Position numbers and translations under genes: made by a program
Notes under the pieces: model-generated
Told to the model about the DNA's origin: nothing
The model's database searches: none
What the model saw: only the letters and a program-made list of their open reading frames with translations
Origin: Lama glama
Taxonomy: Eukaryota
NCBI GenBank assembly: GCA_028534125.1
Contig: CM052817.1
Location: 88,662,001-88,726,000 of the forward strand
Direction of reading: 5' to 3'
Length of the DNA stretch: 64,000 nucleotides
Part shown: positions 53,690-64,000 of the stretch, piece after piece
Layout: each line of letters opens with the position of its first letter
Position numbering within the stretch: position 1 is the first letter of the stretch

Positions 53690-56600
53690 ATAACTTCTAA
53701 TGTTTATTCTCTGTGAAAGACTTTTTGCAGAGACTTAGGGCTGAATCAGATAATCATAAACAGCTGATTTTAAAAGTGTAAAATTCAATTATATATATCC
53801 TTGTTTTTAAAAGTCTGGTGGTCCTCCCAACTATAGAGTATGTTTAACTTGGAAATTCTTTTCATTGTTTTTTCAACCTATTTCACTTCCGTTGTGTCCA
53901 GAAGTAGAAAGTTCCTCCCAGATTTACTAATTTATTCTGGTCCTACTTTCCCCGTGGCAAACATAGTCTTAGACTTTCCTTTACATATCCCAAACATTAT
54001 TAAGGATCTTAACTATGATTTATTTCCCTACTCATGATCATAAAGACTTTATCTATTAGTAATACAAAAAATGGCAGAAATTTTGAAATAAATGCCTTTC
54101 TCTTAGCAAATAGCAAGTTTGAAGGGTGTGGCTTCTTTTTCCATCATTCTTTATAAACATAAGAGAACACTTTATAGATTTATTTTGCCTGGTACAAAGC
54201 TATCTTTTTTCTCCTTTTATGAAAGCAGAAGTACCCATGGGAAAGTTTTGTTTATTTATTAATACTGAAATTTGCTTCTCCTTTTCTTGAATTTCAGGTT
54301 TGCAAGGAACCTTAGAGAGCTTATCTAAAGTAATGCCTTTTCTTTCTCTTTCCAAAAGGCATTGCTAAGTCTTGTAGAAAATGATGAATTTCAGAGTTTT
54401 GGGTTGTTCAGTTGCCTTACATGCTGACTTAACAATGTTCAAATATTTCCCATTTTAATAGATGTCTTAATTATATTTTTGGATTTTAGTTATATACATA
54501 AGTGATCTCTACTTATGTTTCCAAAGCTAAAAACAAGAGTTAACTAAGCACAATATGACTTTATTTCAGAGGTGATAAAAATCTGTTCAAGTTTTGTATG
54601 ATTTTTGTTAGAAAAGCAATAGCTACATAAGTAGGGTAGGTGAAAATAATTACAAAGAAGAAAAATGTGCATGTATACTGTAAAATTACAATGAAGAGTG
54701 ACAAAGATATAAATAAGCAGTATTCAGAAATGGTGTGAGTTGATTGGCAAAGATGTATTACAGTAGGATTAGTCACAGATGCAAACAATTTACAGGATAA
54801 TTAGTATTACTCTTCGGCATATTGACTGACCATTAAAGATTAAATTCATTTTAATAAATCTGTAATTATGGTACTGTGCTATGATGGATTTGTTTATGAG
54901 CCTCCCTCTCTTTCATCTGTACACCCATGTACACATGCCCTTCACAGATAAAAAAGCACAAAGGTCCTTCTAATTTTAGTGGCTTCTTGTTGTTGACAAT
55001 GTTGTTGATATTCTTATTGTCGACGTTCTAATCATAAGAAAAACTGGTTCATGGTATGAATTCACAAGAGTATTAATGAACATTTTTAGGGAATAAGTAA
55101 CATTGCCTAAATATGTCAACAGGCCATTTAAAATTCATATCCATTTAAACATTTTTGCATAAGATGTGTTTAAATGACACAAAAATATGCAAAATTAGTC
55201 AAAACAGTCAAATATGCGGAGGTTTTTAATATCTTAACCTTAACCTTACAATTTGCTGATCCTTTTGATAGGTCATAATAATATTTTTCCCTGCTTTAAG
55301 GTTAAGAATTAAGTTTACAACGTCCACCAGAAGACAGTCTTTCTTCCATTTTTTGGTATAGTTACTACTATATTTTATACAATTTAAAAGAAGTAGTTGA
55401 TCAGTTGACTATGCGATGCATCTAATATGATCAGCACAATACCCAATTATATTCAGTTTCTATCTCTTCATAACAACATATGAATTTGTTGAATTTATAT
55501 ATCAGGAACATTTTGAATCTTCATTCACTTAATGTTTTGACACTGACTTTAGAAAGCAACATTAGTACTTTTTTGAAGAATATTCAGATATGGAGACACA
55601 TGTCTGAAGCCATTATGCTAATTTACATTTTTGTTTAACTAGAAGTTCTAATTATTTTGTCTGCATTTATAGACTCTGTATTCCCTAAATATAAAATATA
55701 GGCTAATTCTTATACTATTTCTGGGGCTCAAATATATATGTGTACATTTAAGGACTTATTTGATATATTTGAAAGTAGGATTATATTTGGAGAGACATTG
55801 GGAAAATTACTAATTGAATATTGATATCAATATTCATTACATCTTCCAGGAAAGAGTTTCTTTCAGAAGTAAATTTTTTTCAATTTATAAACATCTTTAA
55901 GAAGATTTTTTAAGGTATATTTTGTATGTTTATATATGTTAGTATAGAAAGTAATTTTTAATTAAGTACAATATTGATCACATATTATAATTTTTAAAGT
56001 GTATTATATGTAAATTTTTATTGAAGTGAAAAAGAATATGTATACATATATGTATGACCGAGTAATTGTATTTTAAATGGCAAAAAAGAATGAGATAAGA
56101 TGACTGGATAATGAAAATATAAACATTCATAATACAAAGGGTTATGACTCAGAAATAGACACTGTTTTCTTGTGTGTACCGTTTGCATTTCTAAATAATT
56201 TTCTATCTGACAATTTTCAGATATGAAAATGCTTATTGATGCCTAAATGCTGTCCAGATGTAGTAACCAAAAATTTAGAACATTCATTGTTATTTTAGTA
56301 AGGAGAATACAAATGAAATTGAAAAGATGACAATTTTGCTCAAAGCAATTGCACTACATCATAAAATAGCAAATATGCAAAAGAGCCTTTGAACTGGCTT
56401 AAGAAATGTTTTGGAAAAATACATTAATAAAACATTTCAGCTGGTAAAATTTTAAAAATGGTATTTGGTTGGAGGGACCTCATATCCATGGAAAATATTT
56501 TAATACAGTGATCTTAATTGTAAACTGCATATGTTGTGTATGAAAATGTTTAATTATAAGCATTTGGTAGTTAAAGGCAAAAATATTAGAACTTTGCAGC

Positions 56601-57919
56601 TGGAAGAAATCTTAGCAGTCTTTTAAAAAACATATACGTTCACATCAGTATTACTAAACAGCAGCCCAAGTAGGGCACATCTATTCAAGAGATTTCTTTC
56701 CCTCCCTTTCTCTTCATAGCAATCCAACTGTGTTAAATCATGCAAAGAGAAAACGAACAAATAATTCACTCCGAGGCTGGAAATCAATGTTGCAGAATAC
56801 CTGAGAGATAGAGGCCACTCATCAGCAAGCCCAATCAGGCATTAAGAAATTAATGCTGAATAACCAAGAGGATAGGAACCTGCTGTGGTTGTTTGGTTCA
56901 ACGCTTCATGGGGCTTGGCTCACACAGAGCACATACACTTCAGAAATGTGAGGTGGATGATGCTTTCTTACTTAGTCTTCGTGGTGTCTTGGAAGCAGTA
57001 ATTGGTTGTTGAAATGAGTTGCTCACAAAACACTTAGAATTTAATATCCCAAAGTGTAGGCTAGAGAGGACTGGCTGTTATTTTAGCTTTAAGATTGGTG
57101 GCTTTGTTTGCTCTGTTAACATTTAAAGCACTCTTTTGGAAAAACAGAAAATTCTGGGACAGGAACAAAGAATTACAGTTTCCCTAGAACAGTTTTGGAT
57201 GAGGGGGGGAGGGATCTGAAACTTGAAACTTGAAAAGGATTAAAGCAGACAGTGTATCTGTAAAAGCTCAAATGAATTCTTTCGTTCTCTCTCCAAAATA
57301 CCCCTTTTGTTTTGATTGAGCTAAGAGTCCCAGATGGAAAGAAGCACAGTATCAACTCAAAAGAAACCACTGCTCTATTTACTTTTCAATCACTACACAG
57401 ATGCTTTTGGATCTCTTCTGAGTATGGGCATCCTTCCACAGAGTGTGGAAATATTTTTAGTAAGATTCTGCACAATGTAAGCATCTAGAAAGAAATCCAA
57501 AGCCACAATTATTTGCAAATTGTGTGTTCTTACTTATTTCAACATGTCTAAATTAATTCACCATATATTATGTAACTTTCTTGCACAGATCACAAGATGA
57601 GTATTATTAATTTGCAGATTTTTTTCTCCAACACCAAAAGGAATAATATATAAATGCTAGTCAATACATGGTATTTGTTCTTTATCAGCATTTATTTTAT
57701 CTAGCTATATTTGGTTTCAAAAATGCAATCTTCATGATGGTAGATGTTTGACTGGGACAAAATTTGAGTTATGTAATACAAAGAATAAATTAAGAATAAT
57801 TTCCTTTGTAGTGTTTTAAGACATTAGAAATATCAATTTGGATCAGTAAATAGTCAACATATTTGATTGTAGATGGTATTTAAATTATATTCAAACAGTC
57901 ACTGAACACTTTTCAGACA

Positions 57920-58430
57920 CACTGACCTCTTTGATGACACACAAACATCTAAACATGCTTCTGTCTTAAAATATTTGTGTCCTCTGCCTAGAATTCTCTT
58001 CTCCAGATGTCTGTGTGGTTTTCTCCCCTAACTCCTTCAGGTCTTTACCAGGGCACTACTGATGGCTGCAAAGCTTGTGGGCCTCACAACTCAGGAGGCA
58101 TCATTCACATAGATTACAGTGTGAATGACACTCTCTGGAGTTGTGTGATGCTACAACCTTTGTGTTTATATTATAGGTACCACCCTACGAAAGAGCCTTT
58201 CCCTAACCACTGTTTAAACGAAAACTCCCCTCTCCAATATTCCCTTCCCCCTTCCTTTCTTAAGATTTATCTTTGTAACACATGCAACATATTTTCCTTA
58301 ACGTTTTTGTTTATCTCCTTTTTAGAATATAAATGCCATGAGATATGGGTTACGGCCTATTTTTCTACAGATGTATTTCCAGCATCTAGAACAGTGGTAA
58401 GCAGTCAGTAAAATATTTGGTGGATAAGGA
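57920..58430 (+). mobile_element. L2 3' portion
   Basis: CCTCTGCCTAGAATTCTCTTCTCCAGATGTC...TAGAATATAAATGCCATGAG...CCAGCATCTAGAACAGTG...AAATATTTG. Confidence 0.75.
58049..58185. mobile_element. MER91-like palindromic hAT-Tip100 MITE nested in L2
   Basis: CACAACTC...TCATTCACAT-AGATTAC-AGTGTGAATGA...GAGTTGTG inverted arms. Confidence 0.75.
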
Positions 58431-59560
58431 AACAATCTTTGTTATTTAACTTAAAATATAATTGTAATTTTTTTTGTAATTTAACTTAAAATATCTGGTG
58501 GTACAGATGGGAAAATAGATGAAAAACCCTTCATATTAGGAGGACAACGATATGGATGGAATGAGATACATGGTATAGACGTAGAAATTGCTACTGATGT
58601 AGAACAAAAAGACAACAACATATGGGCTAATTCAGAGGTCACAAATAGAGACATGGTACAGAAAAAAAAAATGGGTATAATAATTTAGGGCATTCCCATC
58701 CTTTCAAACAAAGTCATTGCCAAAAGATTTTGTTTTTTAAAAAATTATTGTAAAAGAGCAGGTTTATAGTTGGACAAGGGTGGCAAGTACCTTCCTTGGT
58801 CAACAATCATGTGCTTAAAATCCATCTGAGCATAAGTATGTTTATCATAGGAAATTCTACAGTCATACTAGTATATGGGGAATCATTGGAGAAGAGTAAG
58901 TTTAAGAAATCATTAAAATTTTTATTTCACTGATAAAAAATTGTTTTAGACAAAACTGTCTGCCATGGATACATTAATGTTTAAATAATAATGCAACTTT
59001 CTAGTGATTTCCCTGACTTCTATTCACAGGGCACAAAATAATAATATCTATGTCATCATTTAAATTTTTCTACATTAAATGATTGACTAATAAGTATAAG
59101 AATTGCAAAAAATGCATTTTTTAAACTTCAAATAAAAAATATTCATATGTGGTAATTATTGGAAATTGCATAACTTGGGGATAGTAGGGCAATATAATAA
59201 TGATTTTAAAAACTTTGATCCTATAATATCAAAATGCTGAGTATAACTAAAAGGCATCAGAACCCTGTTAAAGTAGCAGATTGCTTTTTAAAGGAATGAA
59301 GATAAAATAGACTCAAAATATAATCTAGTACTTCAGTAAAATTGTTTATTAGTTCTAAAATGATCATTTTAGTATTTTAATTAATTCTTGATCTTTTTTA
59401 TGCACTTCCTAACAATGGCCTTGAATAATTTCAATATGCCATTCTGACAATTATTATAGTTAGTAATATACCAAAACCAGTAAACTGCTTTCATAAAACA
59501 AAGGGTTAAAATATAGCCTTATAAAAACTTCTACTTAAACAAAATGATCAGTAAGATTTT

Positions 59561-60060
59561 NNNNNNNNNNNNNNNNNNNNNNNNNNNNNNNNNNNNNNNN
59601 NNNNNNNNNNNNNNNNNNNNNNNNNNNNNNNNNNNNNNNNNNNNNNNNNNNNNNNNNNNNNNNNNNNNNNNNNNNNNNNNNNNNNNNNNNNNNNNNNNNN
59701 NNNNNNNNNNNNNNNNNNNNNNNNNNNNNNNNNNNNNNNNNNNNNNNNNNNNNNNNNNNNNNNNNNNNNNNNNNNNNNNNNNNNNNNNNNNNNNNNNNNN
59801 NNNNNNNNNNNNNNNNNNNNNNNNNNNNNNNNNNNNNNNNNNNNNNNNNNNNNNNNNNNNNNNNNNNNNNNNNNNNNNNNNNNNNNNNNNNNNNNNNNNN
59901 NNNNNNNNNNNNNNNNNNNNNNNNNNNNNNNNNNNNNNNNNNNNNNNNNNNNNNNNNNNNNNNNNNNNNNNNNNNNNNNNNNNNNNNNNNNNNNNNNNNN
60001 NNNNNNNNNNNNNNNNNNNNNNNNNNNNNNNNNNNNNNNNNNNNNNNNNNNNNNNNNNNN
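59561..60060. other. Assembly gap (500 N)
   Basis: Run of exactly 500 N. Confidence 1.
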
Positions 60061-63000
60061 CCGCTGACATCAGTGGAACTTTCTCAAAACCATACTTATT
60101 TTACTATACTTCACAAAAGGATATTTCTAATTAATGTATCTATAAAAATGAATAGTTTGAAAATGATCTTAGAGACTTAGCATGCTCTATTAGATTAAAT
60201 CCACTTTGAGGACATGGTAAATTTTCAGATAGAGAAGTCACTGTTAAGTGGCTTTATTAAATCGATTCTATTAGTATTATGAGAAAGAAGTGTTCAGAAT
60301 GCTGTAAAAGTTGGCAATGATCATACAGTAAGAAATACCACAAAAATTCGTATGTCCTTTTTGGACTATACCACACTAAAAAGTAGCATTTGAGAGGTGT
60401 CTAAACATATTCAACTTTTAAAACACAGTAACATATCTATGATAAAAATAGCACACAATACAAAATTAGAAGAAGCAATTTAAAAATCTAAACCTTATTA
60501 GACTATAATGCAACAAATTACTTGTAAGATTGAAAGTATAGACTGTAGTTGAAAAAAAGTTCTGAAGAACAAAATGTTTTTTGCCCATATTAAATACCAA
60601 ATGTCTGACTCCATGATTGTTGTGAATTGTGAGTTGGTCCTTCCCCTTATTTTCAGTGTAAATGGTAAATAAAAATAATTTTTTGTTAAGTATTTGCAGG
60701 ATTATTATTTTTTTCAGTTGAGGATACTGCAGTCATTGTACAAGAAATTCTGTTGTCTAAATCTTAAAGAGCCATGTTGTAATTTGGGGCTTCCACTATT
60801 CAATCTTACATTAAAGTAACATCTTTCTACATTTTTCCATTTTAAAATTAAAGATTTAGATAAGCCATGGAGGATTAATGAGAATTTGACTGTAGTTAAA
60901 CCCAATCCTGATACTGAATGTGCTTTTTTTGTTTTTAGCTGCTAATAATTCACTTGGGAATGCTAGAAGGACCCTCAATATTTTTCTTAAACTTCCCCAG
61001 CAACTTAATTTCCTACCAAAACTTAATTCTATTTGATTAAGCAAGAAATTATGGAATGCCTACTCTATACTAAGTACTAAGCCAAATATTAAAAGAACAC
61101 AAAATTAAGCAACTCTTTAAGATGCCTGTAGTACTGTGCCCTGAAGCTATCTGAAGGAGAAACTTCACAGGCCTCTCTATGAGAACTGGATTACTTTGTG
61201 TCTAGACTCAAAGACTAAATATGAGACACCGTCTAGGTTAATTTTAGTATAGGTATCCCTCCCTTTTCAAAGGCTCACCTTACAACACTTTTACGAAGGA
61301 CTTGCATTAGTACCTGTTTTTGCTAACTATGAGAAATCTGAAGAGGATTTTCACTTTGGTGAGAAGGGAAAACAGTGTTCAGCATTTGTTTTGAAGGAGC
61401 CCTCACAGAAGTAGCGTCTGCTGAGCAGTGAGAATGACAGCACCAAGCTGCTTCCCTGGGAACCACACTCCGCATCTCAGCATCAAGCCTCCATGGCTTT
61501 GACCTGTGTCTGTGAGCGTCTGTGCTTTATCTGGATTTATTCTGTGTTATCTGTTATCAACATGTGGCTTAGATCACTGCTTCTTAGTTTTATTCCATTT
61601 GGGCTTATAAAGGTTTCACAAGAGAGCTCTGCTTTCTGAGAAGGGGGGAAATCTGTATAAGACTTATGGGACTTCTCTATGCATCAGTCAAAAATGCTAC
61701 TTTTTATTGTTTAATGACTATTTCCCCAAAGCTTCATAAAGAACTAGCTTAGTAAACAGGTGTAGCCAGCCTATGTGATGTATTTTTATGAGTTCTGGGA
61801 AGACCGCTGCCTAAAAAGTTAACTCAACTTTCTGTTTGATAATTACTTAAATTGTATCAAAGGCTGAACTTTTAAATATTCTTCAAAAACAAAAACATAA
61901 TGATAATAATGTATGATGGGCTGCAAATAGAATAAGGTAAGAGAGTAGAGCCATATGATTGTCTAACAAATACAGATTTCTTCATGGGTAGGTTAATTTT
62001 GAAAAATAGAACTTTATCTTAAGTGGTATCATTGTCAAGAATGCTTAAGATTTTGCTGAATACAAAACAGTAAAGTCCTGCCATTCTGGAGCATATATCT
62101 CCTTTCTCAGATTCAACAATTCTGCTCAATGAGCTCTTTAGCTAAGTATAATGGCAGTATTCTAGTTTATGAGGGAATTAAAATTTATGCTAATCAAAGG
62201 AAATATGGACATATATATGTTGACTCATTGCATGCACTCTCTTCAGGAAGTATGCATGAAGTCGCTGAGGGCACATAATTTCTGCACAGATTTTGCATTG
62301 TGAAATGTCAGTCAGCTGGTTCCATTACAGTTCAAAATTATTTGTAAACATTTTAGGCATTTAGTACTTTGCAAGCCATCTTCAGTGAATGAACATACCG
62401 TATGACTTATTCTGTCTTACAGTCTACAAATACTGACAGCGAAACTCTACATGAGTGTAAACTGTTTATAAATTTATAAGCTTGTATGATATGGTACTAG
62501 AACCAATCATTTTTGACAATTTAAATAATTCTGAATAAAAATTGACAGCAGCAGTCTATTTTGAAAATAAGAATATACCCCCCGCTTTTTATTTTGGCCA
62601 GGGAAAATTGAGGGTTATCTTTGGAAACTGAATTTATTATAGTTTAATATAGTTGATCAAAAAGTTAGGGACATTTTATTTCATATAATATGTTAACTTC
62701 GGAGAGATGTTAAAAGTATAGGAAGTACATGGGAGTGTGTGGGGTCAATAAGTAAAATTAGAGCTTTGAACTGAATATTCAGAAATCTTAGGTAGCATCC
62801 TGTGCAATGTACTTAAAAATTAGATAGAAGCAAGAATAAAAATTTATCTTGAACAATGTGTCTGCTCTTTTACTTTTTAAAAGTGTTTTTTAAAAAAAAT
62901 CCATTTGTAGAGTAATACACATTTTTCCCATTTTAGATATAAATTATTCTAATATGTTAAATAAGGATGTAAGTTTTTTAAACTCTCACCCTCACTTGAA

Positions 63001-64000
63001 GAAAACACCTGTACTTCTCTAAACCTCTCAAAAGACTTTAATCATAATGTTTGGTTAAATTACCCTTCAGTGTTTATACAGCCACAACTCTGCAGATACT
63101 CAGATTTGTACATGCACACACACAAGTTTTCCCCTAAGAAACACACTTGACCCTATTCTACTCTGAATTACTTTTTCTCTGAATCGTTTAAGTTCTTTTT
63201 TCTTGATCCTTTCAATAAACACATCCTTCAGTAGCTTTCAATGAACAGAAGCACAAAGCATTCTCTGTGGCTGAAAATATCTTCCCCTGATATTTGCAAG
63301 TAGCTTTCAATTATTATCGTGATTTTTCAAAAGTATTAATGTCACAATTAGTTTTCAAGAATTAGTTACTTCACTTTTCTATATGGCACGGTTTTTATTC
63401 ATGGTTATACTATTCGCCCTTAACTCTGAGGATATTAATTATAGTTTTTTGAAGTTTATCTCTGAATTCAGAATTTACTTTTTAAACTCTGTAAATTCAT
63501 GTTCAAATCCGCCTATTTTTTCATTCATTTTTTAAATTCTATTTTCAGTTGAGGGCTTTAAAAACTGTCTGGAATTATGAGAAGGATGCAATGACCTGAG
63601 GGCTGTTCCCTAATTTTTGAAATAAAGTAGTGACTGTTTCACTGGCACTCGCTGGGGTAGTGTGTCCACCTAACTGGACAATTCTTGGACAATTCTTACT
63701 GGCTGCTGGTTTCTGAGACCCCTGTTGTGGGCTTTAAAGGGAGTAAGAGTATGTAGATTTTCACTTACTAAAGAATATAGGAATACATTCTACGAGTGTT
63801 TAAAATGTTACTTAGATTTAGTTGCCACCATTTTCTTGGTATTCTTATGGCTAAAATGTTGTTTTGTTTTACTTTTTATGGATCAGTATCTCAAGAAAAG
63901 AAATCTCTTACCTTAAACCAGAATTGCAAAGGGGTTTTAGTCTTGACACAAAACAACAAAGAAGGGCATGTCTAAGTGTTCCTTGAATGATATTTCAATT

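Overview
AT-rich mammalian genomic DNA, most likely a camelid: it carries a Vic-1-like tRNA-derived SINE and young L1 3' tails of the type seen in camelids. The window looks intergenic or deep intronic, and I can support no protein-coding gene, RNA gene or prokaryote-type system. The ORF track is explained by chance ORFs, repeats and N-gaps. The identifiable content is layered transposable elements: old eutherian repeats (MIR, L2, L1M, MLT1, LTR16/LTR40-like, MER53/58/63/91, Charlie, Tigger2) and young insertions with intact target-site duplications (three ERV1-type solo LTRs, a SINE, truncated L1 tails). Two 500-N scaffold gaps are present. The most notable structures are: (1) a polyadenylated, TSD-flanked retrocopy of an LTR-like transcript at a TT/AAAA site; (2) a truncated L1 with an apparent 3' transduction; (3) two same-family LTRs 6.86 kb apart that mimic a provirus but are independent solo LTRs; (4) a strong extended CTCF motif between them; (5) an old L1 with an inverted 5' part. 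Repeat family names come from recalled consensus similarity, not from a search. I found no convincing previously undescribed biological system.
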